DNA of 64,000 nucleotides from an uncultured Actinomycetota bacterium (GCA_963849885.1 CAWKIV010000002.1:71993-135992), one strand, 5' to 3'; numbered from the stretch's first letter, positions 17,370 through 26,934 are shown. A program made the numbers and translations. Notes: generated by a model not told the origin, from the letters alone.

Positions 17370-18479
17370 TCAGGTGGGCCCGGACCGCCGCTCCCGCGGG
17401 GCCGGCTCGCCGTCCGGGGCCCGCCCGTCCGGGGCCCGTCCATCCGGGGCCTGCCCATCCGGGGACGGGGCCGGGTCCGGCGGCGGGTCCGCGGCCGGCG
17501 GCGCCGGCCGGCTCGGCCAGGTCTGCTCGATGGTCGCGTTGAGCTCGGCGCCGAGCAGCACCGCCAGCGCGAGCAGGTAGAAGAAGAGCAGGGCGCCGAT
17601 CGGCGCGGCCAGCGCCCCGTACGTGAAGCCCTGGCTCACCACGAAGCCGATGTAGAGCCGCAGCCCCAGGCTGCCGCCGAGGAAGACCACGCCGGCCAGC
17701 ACGGCGCCCGGGAAGCCCCGGCCCCACGGCAGCCGGTTCGGCGGGGCCAGGTGGTAGAAGGTCACCAGCCCGAGCAGCAGCAGCACGCCGACGGTCGGCC
17801 AGTAGGCCGCGTTCACCACCGTGTCCACGTCGCCGCGCGCCGACTGCGGGAACAGCCGCACCAGCCGCCCGGGCCCGAGCACCATGACCGGCAGCAGCAC
17901 CACGCCGATGACCACGGTGAGCAGGTAGAGGGAGAGCGCCAGCAGCCGGCTGCGGATCGCGCCGCGCTGGTCGCGCATCCCGTACGCGATCGTCACCGTG
18001 TTGACGAACGTCGAGGTCGCCGACGAGCCGGCCCACAGCGCGATGACGAAGCCGACGCTGATCACCGCGGCCCGCCCCTCGCGCAGCACCTCGTTGACGG
18101 TCGGGGCGATGACCTCGTCGACGACGCTCGGCGTGAACGCCCGGGAGAAGAACTCCAGCAGCTGCTGCTCGATCTGGTTCACGGTCTCCGGGCCGAGCAG
18201 CCCGGACAGGTAGCCCAGGCTGCCCAGCAGGGCCAGGAAGAGCGGCGGCAGCGACAGCAGCTGCCAGAACGCGCCCTCGGCGGACAGCCCGAGGATGCGG
18301 TCGTCCCAGGCCTTGGCCAGCGTCCGGCGCACCACGTTGACGTGCCGCTGCCTGACCACCGGCCTCGCCGCCTCCCGGACCGCCGCCGCGGCGCGTCCCG
18401 GGGCGCGGAGGCCGCGGTGGGGCGCGCGCCGGGCCGCCGGGACACCCGGACGGTCCACCGGGTCGCGGGTGGCGGTCAT
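17370..18479 (-). CDS. YihY/BrkB-family membrane protein
   Basis: ATG 18479 within track ORF 17370..18578. It is a multi-TM protein with GLSAEGAFWQLLSLPPLFLAL and LGAELNA motifs. The tail is Pro/Asp-rich and repetitive (APDGRAPDGRAPDG). Confidence 0.85.
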   Translation of the reverse strand: MTATRDPVDRPGVPAARRAPHRGLRAPGRAAAAVREAARPVVRQRHVNVVRRTLAKAWDDRILGLSAEGAFWQLLSLPPLFLALLGSLGYLSGLLGPETVNQIEQQLLEFFSRAFTPSVVDEVIAPTVNEVLREGRAAVISVGFVIALWAGSSATSTFVNTVTIAYGMRDQRGAIRSRLLALSLYLLTVVIGVVLLPVMVLGPGRLVRLFPQSARGDVDTVVNAAYWPTVGVLLLLGLVTFYHLAPPNRLPWGRGFPGAVLAGVVFLGGSLGLRLYIGFVVSQGFTYGALAAPIGALLFFYLLALAVLLGAELNATIEQTWPSRPAPPAADPPPDPAPSPDGQAPDGRAPDGRAPDGEPAPRERRSGPT

Positions 18480-18662
18480 CCCCCGAAGTGTGCCCGTCGC
18501 CGGCCGGCAGGACACGCCGGGGACCCCTGGCGCGCCGGGGCGCGGGGCGGCCGCCGGCTCCCCGGTAGGGTTGGCCACCGCTGATCACCGCCCTCGCCGG
18601 GGACCTCCCCGTCGGGGGTGTTCGCTGTCCGGGCCGTCCGCGGCCCGCCGGAGAGGGGGAGC

Positions 18663-20381
18663 GTGACCGCCGCGCAGAGCCTGCCGCCGGCGCCGCCGCT
18701 GCGGACCTGGCAGCGCCGGGCGCTGTCGGCGTACCTGCTGCGCCGGCCGGCCGACTACCTCGCGGTGGCCACCCCCGGCGCCGGCAAGACCACCTTCGCG
18801 CTGCGGGTGGCGGCCGAGCTGCTCGCCGACCGGACCGTGGCCGCGGTGTGCGTGGTCACGCCGACCGAGCACCTCAAGACCCAGTGGGCGGCCGCGGCGG
18901 CGGCGCTCGGCATCCCGCTGGACCCGACCTTCCGCAACGCCGACGGCGCCACCGCGCGCGACTTCCGCGGCGCCGTGGTCACCTACGCGCAGGTGGCGGC
19001 GGCGCCGGCGCTGCACCGGGCGCGCACCGCGGCCCGCCGCACGCTGGTCGTGCTGGACGAGGTGCACCACGCCGGGGACGCGCTGTCCTGGGGCGACGCG
19101 GTGCGGGAGGCGTTCGCGCCGGCCACCCGGCGGCTCGCGCTGACCGGCACCCCGTTCCGGTCGGACGAGAACGCGATCCCGTTCGTCCGGTACGAGCCGG
19201 AGCCGGACGGGGCGCTGCGGTCGATGGCCGACCACGCGTACGGCTACGGCGAGGCGCTGCGGGACGGTGTGGTCCGCCCGGTGATCTTCCTCGCGTACTC
19301 CGGGGAGGCCCGGTGGCGCACCCGCGCCGGCGACGAGCTGTCCGCCCGGCTCGGCGAGCCGGGCACCGCCGAGCACGTGGCGCGGGCCTGGCGGACCGCG
19401 CTGGACCCGGCCGGCGACTGGGTGCCCGCCGTGCTGCGGGCCGCCGACCAGCGGCTGTCCCAGGTCCGGGCCGGCGGGATGCCGGACGCCGGCGGGCTGG
19501 TGATCGCCTCCGACCAGGCCGCCGCGCGGGCGTACGCGGGGCGGCTGCGGGAGATCACCGGCGAGCCGCCGGTGGTGGTGCTGTCCGACGACCGGGGCGC
19601 GTCCGCGCGGATCGCCCGGTTCGCCGCGTCCACCGACCGCTGGATGGTCGCGGTCCGGATGGTGAGCGAGGGCGTCGACGTGCCGCGGCTCGCGGTCGGG
19701 GTCTACGCCACCAGCGCGTCCACGCCGCTGTTCTTCGCCCAGGCGGTCGGGCGCTTCGTCCGGGCCCGGCGGGCGGGGGAGACCGCGTCGGTGTTCCTGC
19801 CCTCGGTGCCGCCGCTGCTGCGGCTGGCCGGCGAGCTGGAGGCGGTCCGCGACCACGTGCTGGGGCGGCGCCGGGCCGACGGCGAGGAGGGCTGGGACGA
19901 CGAGCTGCTGGCCGCCGCGCAGGCCCGCCGGGACGAGCCGGGGGAGGAGGAGCGGGCGTTCACCGCGCTGAGCGCCTCCGCGCACCTGGACCAGGTCATC
20001 TTCGACGGCGCGTCGTTCGGCACCGGGGCGACGCCGGGCACCGCCGAGGAGGAGGAGTTCCTCGGCCTGCCCGGGCTGCTGGAGCCGGACCAGGTGGCGC
20101 TGCTGCTGCGGCAGCGGCAGGCCAAGCAGGTGGCCGAGGAGAAGCGGCGCGGGCCGGCGGCCCCGGCGCCGGCCGCGGCGGGCGGGCCGGTCCCCGCGCA
20201 CGAGCGCCGGGCCGCGCTGCGCCGCCAGCTCAACGCCCTGGTCGCCGCGCACCACCACCGCACCGGCCGGCCGCACGGCAGCATCCACACCGAGCTGCGC
20301 CGCGCCTGCGGCGGCCCGCCGACCGCGGTGGCCAGCGTGGAGCAGCTCGAGCAGCGCATCGCCACCCTCCAGTCCTGGTGA
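18663..20381 (+). CDS. DEAD/DEAH-box (SF2) helicase
   Basis: GTG 18663 within track ORF 18618..20381. It has Walker A (ATPGAGKT), the DEVH box (VVLDEVHHAG), and the helicase C-terminal motifs VSEGVDVP and AQAVGRFVR. Confidence 0.85.
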   Translation: MTAAQSLPPAPPLRTWQRRALSAYLLRRPADYLAVATPGAGKTTFALRVAAELLADRTVAAVCVVTPTEHLKTQWAAAAAALGIPLDPTFRNADGATARDFRGAVVTYAQVAAAPALHRARTAARRTLVVLDEVHHAGDALSWGDAVREAFAPATRRLALTGTPFRSDENAIPFVRYEPEPDGALRSMADHAYGYGEALRDGVVRPVIFLAYSGEARWRTRAGDELSARLGEPGTAEHVARAWRTALDPAGDWVPAVLRAADQRLSQVRAGGMPDAGGLVIASDQAAARAYAGRLREITGEPPVVVLSDDRGASARIARFAASTDRWMVAVRMVSEGVDVPRLAVGVYATSASTPLFFAQAVGRFVRARRAGETASVFLPSVPPLLRLAGELEAVRDHVLGRRRADGEEGWDDELLAAAQARRDEPGEEERAFTALSASAHLDQVIFDGASFGTGATPGTAEEEEFLGLPGLLEPDQVALLLRQRQAKQVAEEKRRGPAAPAPAAAGGPVPAHERRAALRRQLNALVAAHHHRTGRPHGSIHTELRRACGGPPTAVASVEQLEQRIATLQSW

Positions 20382-20410
20382 CCGCCCGCGCCCCGCCGCG
20401 GGGCGGCGGC

Positions 20411-20761
20411 TCAGCGGAGGTCGGTCTGCGGCAGCTCGTCCTCGAAGTCGCAGGCGGCGACCACGCGGTGGCCGCGGGACCGCAGGAAGGTCATCAGCTC
20501 GGTCACCAGCGTGACCATGTCGGCGTCCGACGCGGACGTCCGGTACACCTCGACCTTGGTGCCCCACTCGACGAAGGTGTCCGGGCCGCCGGGGGTCCCG
20601 GCGTCGGTGCCGGCCACGTCGAGCTCGACCCCGGGCAGGGTCAGCGTCCGCCGGTCCGGCTCGGCGCCGAACCGCCCGGCGAGCAGGTCCAGCACCGCCG
20701 CCCGGTCCTCCGCGTCGACGTAGAGGAAGCACTCCTGGTAGCGGTCCGGCACGGCGGTCAT
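20411..20761 (-). CDS. Putative immunity protein of the short WXG-head module
   Basis: ATG 20761 (MTAVPDRYQECFLYVDAEDRAAVLDLL...) within track ORF 20411..21193. The ATG overlaps the TGA of the upstream +1-frame coding segment (ATGA). GC3 is high. I recognise no family. Confidence 0.55.
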   Translation of the reverse strand: MTAVPDRYQECFLYVDAEDRAAVLDLLAGRFGAEPDRRTLTLPGVELDVAGTDAGTPGGPDTFVEWGTKVEVYRTSASDADMVTLVTELMTFLRSRGHRVVAACDFEDELPQTDLR

Positions 20762-21193
20762 TGAACCGGCAGCCACGGCTCGTTGTCGAAGGGCCCGCCG
20801 CGCCGGATCACCGACAGGTCGACCGCCCGCTCGAGGTCGGCCTCCAGCGCCCGGCGCAGCGCCCGCATGCCGGCCTCGCCGGCCTGGATCTTGCCGGTCT
20901 CGATCGCGTGCAGCATGGTGCGCTCCTTGGCGCTGCCCGGGTTGGGCGTGCCGAAGCGCTCCCGGACCAGGCCGGGCGGCCAGGTCGAGGTCGCGCGGCA
21001 GGTCGGCGAGCTGGCCGCGGAAGGCCTCCGCGGCCTCCCCGGTCCAGCCGGACGAGTTCAGCCGGGCGACGTTGGCGGCGGCGTCGGCGAACAGCCGCCC
21101 GGCGGAGTCCACCCCGCCGGCCGCCGCCGCCACCGCGGCCGGGTTCCCCGGGGCGGGATCGAACCCCAGCGCCGGGAACTCGCGCCTGGCCAT
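20758..21193 (-). pseudogene. Short WXG/T7SS-signal-head protein with unrelated 70-aa tail; +1 frame break at codon 74 as assembled
   Basis: Codons 1-74 (MARREFPALGFDPAPG...NSSGWTGEAAEAFRGQLADLPRDLDLAAR) are homologous to the head of the toxin at 22796. After about 20970 the GC3 of this frame collapses. The +1 frame then reads LVRERFGTPNPGSAKERTMLHAIETGKIQAGEAGMRALRRALEADLERAVDLSVIRRGGPFDNEPWLPVQ, ending at TGA 20760-20758. Confidence 0.55.
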
Positions 21194-21285
21194 CCCTGCC
21201 CCCAGTACGGTCGTGGACCTGCGGGGCCGGACGCTATAGCATCGGCGACCGGTAAGCGAGTATTGACCGATTCGTGGGGATTCTC

Positions 21286-21579
21286 ATGGCAGACGGGTTC
21301 TCGGTCGAGGTCGGCACGCTGCGGGCGCTGTCCGGCCAGCTCACCTCGATCGGCGAGCGGGTGTCGGGCGCGCAGGACGGCCTGGACGGGCTCGGCGACG
21401 GGCAGACCGGGGACGGCGAGCTGTCCTCGGCGGTGCACCACTTCAAGGACAAGTGGGAATACTCGCTGAAGAAGATCGGCGAGACCGCGCAGGCGGTGGC
21501 GGAGAAGGCGACCGCGGCCGCGGACGGCTACGAGCAGACCGACCTGGCCGTCGCGGACGCGGCCGCGGGCCGGACGTGA
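21286..21579 (+). CDS. EspC/WXG100-like small helical protein
   Basis: ATG 21286 within track ORF 21274..21579. The 97-aa product reads MADGFSVEVGTLRALSGQL...HHFKDKWEYSLKKIGETAQAVAEKATAAADGYEQTD, the pattern of small T7SS-associated helical-hairpin proteins. Confidence 0.6.
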   Translation: MADGFSVEVGTLRALSGQLTSIGERVSGAQDGLDGLGDGQTGDGELSSAVHHFKDKWEYSLKKIGETAQAVAEKATAAADGYEQTDLAVADAAAGRT

Positions 21580-22400
21580 CCGGTGCCGGGCCGGGCGGTG
21601 CCGGCCCGGGCGGTGCCGGCCCGGGCGGTGCCGGCCCGGGCGGTGCCGGACCGGGCGGTGCCGGACCGAGCAGTGCCGGACTGCGCGGCGCCGGCTCGAC
21701 CGTGGAGATCGGCGTCGACCCGGCCGCGCCCCGGCCGGCGATCGGCTTCCGGCTCGACGTGCCGGACGAGTTCACCTCGCTCGACCTGGATCCGGCGACC
21801 TCGGACGCGGCCATCGAGCGGCTGCTGGACGAGCGGTCCGCGGCGGTGCCGGGCGCGGCCCGGCACCGGGTGCGGGCCCGCCAGCTGCTGCAGCGGATGG
21901 TCTCCGAGCACCGGGCCGCCGGCGTCTTCCTGGCCGCCTTCCTGGCCCGCGGCGGGCCGTCCCCGGGCGAGATGGTCGGCGCCGGCCTCACCCTGGCCTG
22001 GCGCCGGTTCGCCGGCGGCATCAACCTGGACGGGCTCACCACCTTCTTCCGGGAGGACGACCCGGCGCCGGGGGAGGACCCGGCGCTGCGGGACGTCCGC
22101 CGGGTCCCGCTGCCGTACGGGGAGGCGGTCCGGGTGGTCAACCGGCAGCAGGCGCCGCTGCCGCTGACCTCCCGCCGGCAGGAGGTGGTCGTGGTGCAGC
22201 ACCTGGTGCCGGCGCCGCCGCCGGCCGCGGAGTGGCTGGCCGTGCTGACCCTGTCCACCCCGGACGTGGCCGGGCAGGCCGACTTCACCGGGTTCGCCGC
22301 GCGGGTGGCGGCGACGCTGGAGTTCCTCGGCCCGGACGGGGCGGTGCTGCCGCCGCCCGGGCCGCCGACCGGCACCATCGGCTTCGTGCCGGACCGCTGA
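21576..22400 (+). CDS. Hypothetical protein with N-terminal (GAGPG)6 repeat
   Basis: GTG 21576 overlaps the stop of the upstream gene (GTGA), within track ORF 21453..22400. The globular part begins FRLDVPDEFTSLDLDPATSDAAIERLL. I recognise no family. Confidence 0.6.
   Translation: MTGAGPGGAGPGGAGPGGAGPGGAGPGGAGPSSAGLRGAGSTVEIGVDPAAPRPAIGFRLDVPDEFTSLDLDPATSDAAIERLLDERSAAVPGAARHRVRARQLLQRMVSEHRAAGVFLAAFLARGGPSPGEMVGAGLTLAWRRFAGGINLDGLTTFFREDDPAPGEDPALRDVRRVPLPYGEAVRVVNRQQAPLPLTSRRQEVVVVQHLVPAPPPAAEWLAVLTLSTPDVAGQADFTGFAARVAATLEFLGPDGAVLPPPGPPTGTIGFVPDR
21582..21680. repeat. 15-bp tandem repeat, about 6.5 copies (ggtgccggNccgggc)
   Basis: Read directly from the sequence: units at 21582, 21597, 21612, 21627, 21642 and 21657, plus a partial unit at 21672. 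It encodes GAGPG repeats in frame. Confidence 0.9.
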
Positions 22401-22408
22401 GCGGAAGG

Positions 22409-22600
22409 TCAGGCCGAGGTGACGACCTCCACCGCGACGGCCCGCAGGGCCTCGTCGTACCGGCGGGAGTGGTGCCCGCAGAAGAGCAGGTCGTGGCCGC
22501 CGGCCAGGACGACCCGGGTGGCGGCCCGGGCGCCGCAACGGTCGCAGCGGTCGGCAGTGGTCAGGATGGCGACGGTGTCCGGGATCAGGGTCGGAGTCAT
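22409..22600 (-). CDS. Zinc-ribbon mini-protein (DUF7455-like), island paralog
   Basis: ATG 22600 (preceded by GAGAGGGGAGAG) within track ORF 22409..22732. The 63-aa product is MTPTLIPDTVAILTTADRCDRCGARAATRVVLAGGHDLLFCGHHSRRYDEALRAVAVEVV. It is a paralog of 24670..24867. Confidence 0.7.
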   Translation of the reverse strand: MTPTLIPDTVAILTTADRCDRCGARAATRVVLAGGHDLLFCGHHSRRYDEALRAVAVEVVTSA

Positions 22601-22795
22601 GTCGGGCTCTCCCCTCTCGAACGGCGCCCGTCCCCGACGGGCTCTGGCGAACACTGCTTCGTGGCTCCCACGATGCATGCTCATTGTTCCCACGGTGTTA
22701 CACCACGACACTACGTCATGGACATAAGCCACAAACCGGAGAAGTTACGCTAAGCTCCCCGGCCAGCAGGCCGACCGGCGAGCCGGAGGTGGGCG

Positions 22796-24274
22796 GTGGC
22801 AACGCGGGAGTTCCCGGCACTGGGGTTCGACCCCGCGCCCGGTGATGCCGGCGCGGTGGCCTCGGCGGCGGGCAGCGTGGACGGTGCGGCGCGGGTCTTC
22901 GAGGACGCGTCCGGCAACGTGTCCCGGCTGAACTCGTCCGGCTGGACCGGGGAGGCCGCGGAGGCCTTCCGCGGCCAGCTCAAGGACCTGCCCCGGGACC
23001 TGGACCTGGCCGCCCGGTCGCACCGGACGACGGCCGGCACGCTGTCCGGCTACGGCAGCGGCCTGCAGGTCCGGCAGCGCCGCGCGGACGAGCTGGAGTC
23101 CCGGGCGGCCGAGCTGCGCCGCCAGCAGCAGGCGGCGATCGGCGAGGTCAACCGGCTGGCCGCGCAGACGGCGCCGGAGGGCAGCGCGGCGCTGGAGACC
23201 CTGCGCGGCCGGTACAACTCGGCCCGGTCCCGGGCCGACGGGATCGGCGCCGACCTGGAGGCGGTCATCGCGGACGCCCGCCGGCTGCTCGGCGAGCACC
23301 GCGGCGCCGCGGCCGACGCCGCCCGGGCGATCCGGGACGTGGCCGACGCGCCGTACAAGGAGCCCGGCTGGCTGTCCCGGGCCTGGGACTCGGTCAAGTC
23401 GTGGATCTCCGAGCACGCCGACGTGCTCGCCCAGATCTCCTCGGTGCTCAAGGGCGTGTCGGCCGTGCTCGGCGTGCTCTCCCTGGTGCCCGGCCTGCAG
23501 TTCCTGGCCCCGTTCGCGCTGGCCGCGGCCGGCATCGCGCTGGCCATCGACGTCGCGGTCAAGCTGGCCACCGGCCGTGGCTCGTGGGTGGCCATGGGCC
23601 TCGATGCCGCGCTCACCTTCATCCCGGGCGGCAAGATCCTGTCCGGGCTGCGCGGGGCCCGGGCCGCCCGGGCGGCCACCGTGGTCGACGACCTGGCCCG
23701 GGCGCCGGGCATGGCGATGCGCGGCAACCCGGTGCGCGGGCTCGGCTCCACCGCCGTGCACAGCGGCAACGCCGGCAACGGGGTGGTCCGCCGGCTCTTC
23801 CCGGAGCTGGCCGAGACCAACCCGCTGTTCCGGAACAACCCGGTCACCTCGCGCTTCGCCAACGCGGGCACGGCCGGCTTCCGGAACAACTGCCAGAGCT
23901 GCGTGATCGCGGTGGACAACCAGCTGGCCGGCAACGGCGGCACCTCGGCGATCCGCCGGCTGCTCGGCTCGCCGAACGACGTCATGGCCAGCCCGGCCTG
24001 GCGGCAGAACATGGCCGACGCGGTCGGCACGACCAACGCCTTCCGGCCCGCCGGCAGCTACGACGACATCGTCCGGCAGCTGCAGAACGCCGGCGACGGC
24101 TCGCGCGGGATCATCCACGGGATGCGGACCGGTCCCGGCGGGATGTCCGTCCCGGGTCACGTGTTCAATGTCGTGAACCGCAACGGCCGGGTGTTCTTCC
24201 TCGACGGGCAGACCGGGCAGCTGGCGCGGCTGGAGAACTACTCCGGGGGGCTGGAGTTCCTCCGCACCCTCTGA
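22796..24274 (+). CDS. Polymorphic toxin: WXG/T7SS-signal N-terminal domain, TM segment, papain-fold glutamine-deamidase-like C-terminal toxin domain
   Basis: Track ORF 22796..24274, starting at a GTG with GGAGG upstream. The head carries the WXG motif (SGWTGEAAEAF). Hydrophobic helices lie at about 23440-23640 (VLGVLSLVPGLQFLAPFALAAAGIALAIDVAV). The C-terminus has a Cys motif FRNNCQSCVIAVDNQLAG (about 23885) and a His motif PGHVFNVVNRNGRVFFLDGQTG (about 24158). By eye these match the toxin glutamine deamidase / Tox-PL1-type fold. Confidence 0.8.
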   Translation: MATREFPALGFDPAPGDAGAVASAAGSVDGAARVFEDASGNVSRLNSSGWTGEAAEAFRGQLKDLPRDLDLAARSHRTTAGTLSGYGSGLQVRQRRADELESRAAELRRQQQAAIGEVNRLAAQTAPEGSAALETLRGRYNSARSRADGIGADLEAVIADARRLLGEHRGAAADAARAIRDVADAPYKEPGWLSRAWDSVKSWISEHADVLAQISSVLKGVSAVLGVLSLVPGLQFLAPFALAAAGIALAIDVAVKLATGRGSWVAMGLDAALTFIPGGKILSGLRGARAARAATVVDDLARAPGMAMRGNPVRGLGSTAVHSGNAGNGVVRRLFPELAETNPLFRNNPVTSRFANAGTAGFRNNCQSCVIAVDNQLAGNGGTSAIRRLLGSPNDVMASPAWRQNMADAVGTTNAFRPAGSYDDIVRQLQNAGDGSRGIIHGMRTGPGGMSVPGHVFNVVNRNGRVFFLDGQTGQLARLENYSGGLEFLRTL

Positions 24275-24297
24275 CGACGAGACGGGACGGACCACGG

Positions 24298-24612
24298 ATG
24301 GAGCTGGCGGAGGCCCGCGGGGCCGCCCAGGCGGAGCTGGACCGCATGTCCTCGGCGGCGTACCCGCTGCGCCTGGTCGACGACGCCGACGTCGCGGACG
24401 TCGGCTGGGGCTGGGTGTGGGCCTGGAACACCGCCCGCTGGTTCGAGACCCGGGACCCGGCCGACCTGGCCGGCCCGGGCGCCGGCCCGGTGGTGGTGGT
24501 CAAGGACTCCGGGGAGACCTTCCACCTCGCCTCCAGCCCGTCCTTCGACGAGCAGCTGGCCGGGTACGCGGCCGCGCACGGGCTGCCGGCGCCGGCCCCG
24601 CTGGGCTGGTAG
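24298..24612 (+). CDS. Putative cognate immunity protein (YrhB/Imm35-like, tentative)
   Basis: ATG 24298 lies 24 nt after the toxin stop, at the C-terminal end of shadow ORF 23401..24612. The 104-aa product contains VGWGWVWAWNTARWFETRDPADLAGPGAGPVVVVKDSGETFHL. Confidence 0.65.
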   Translation: MELAEARGAAQAELDRMSSAAYPLRLVDDADVADVGWGWVWAWNTARWFETRDPADLAGPGAGPVVVVKDSGETFHLASSPSFDEQLAGYAAAHGLPAPAPLGW

Positions 24613-24620
24613 ACAGACGG

Positions 24621-24651
24621 CGAGGCCGCCCGGGGGAACCGGGCGGCCTCG
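24621..24651. terminator. Bidirectional hairpin terminator between convergent genes
   Basis: A perfect 13-bp stem, cgaggccgcccgg (24621-24633) and ccgggcggcctcg (24639-24651), with loop gggaa. It sits between the immunity gene stop (24612) and the stop of the minus-strand gene at 24670. There is no U-tract, which is usual for actinobacteria. Confidence 0.55.
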
Positions 24652-24669
24652 TGGGCAGTGCTTATCCGG

Positions 24670-24867
24670 TCAGTCGTCGGCCTTGACGACCTCGACCGCC
24701 ACCTCGCGGATCCGCGTCTCGTACTCCCGGGCGTGGTGGCCGCAGAAGACCAGGTCACCGCCGCCCGCGAGGACGACGCGCACCTTGGCCTGGGCGCGGC
24801 ACCGGTCGCACCGGTCGCCGGCGGACGGGGACGCGGGGGAGGTCGTGGGCGTCAGAGTCGGCGTCAC
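24670..24867 (-). CDS. Zinc-ribbon mini-protein (DUF7455-like), sigA-adjacent copy
   Basis: GTG 24867 (AAGGGA 6 nt upstream) within track ORF 24670..24903. The product VTPTLTPTTSPASPSAGDRCDRCRAQAKVRVVLAGGGDLVFCGHHAREYETRIREVAVEVV belongs to the family usually found next to the principal sigma gene. Confidence 0.75.
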   Translation of the reverse strand: MTPTLTPTTSPASPSAGDRCDRCRAQAKVRVVLAGGGDLVFCGHHAREYETRIREVAVEVVKADD

Positions 24868-25049
24868 GGCGTTCCCTTCGAGTTGTCGGTCACGTCGGGT
24901 CAACTACCCCGCTGGCGGCCACGTTCCCCGTTCCGCCCAGCGCGAACGGGCCGACGTTGCGAATCTCACTCGACCTGGCCAGCCGTCCTGACCCACCGTG
25001 ACCACGCGGGTCCCGCCCGCTGCCCCGGACGGACCGGCCCCGAGTTGGC

Positions 25050-26705
<1,656 letters not shown>

Positions 26706-26934
26706 GAACGCCCTTTCACGAACGGTGCCTCCCCGTTGCCGGAGAGGACGCACGACGGGAACTGCCCGGGCGGGCAGGGGGTTGGGGGGAGCGGGGCGGT
26801 CGTCCGGTCCGTCTGCATCCGGTGCCGGCCGGCCGTGCCCGTGCCCGTGCCAGTGTAACTTCGCCCCGGCCGGGCGTGTGACACAGGAGCGCGCGGACCT
26901 GCGGGAACGGCCGGTCCGACGAGAACGGAGCGGT

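Noticed and set aside
20388-20406. Short GC hairpin (cgcccc-gccgc-ggggcg) between the helicase stop and the convergent gene, considered as a terminator.
   Set aside because: The stem is only 6 bp in a 75 percent GC background, so it is not distinguishable from chance.
21453-21575. Track start at 21453 for the repeat protein, which would overlap the EspC-like gene by 127 nt.
   Set aside because: The overlapping part translates to Arg/Gly junk. GTG 21576 forms a GTGA overlap with the upstream stop.
22601-22732. Long version (107 aa) of the zinc-ribbon mini-gene starting at 22732. Likewise the 77-aa version of its paralog starting at 24903.
   Set aside because: The upstream extensions fall in AT-richer promoter-like DNA with atypical codons. 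Good ribosome-binding sites precede ATG 22600 and GTG 24867, and both short forms begin with the shared (M/V)TPTL.
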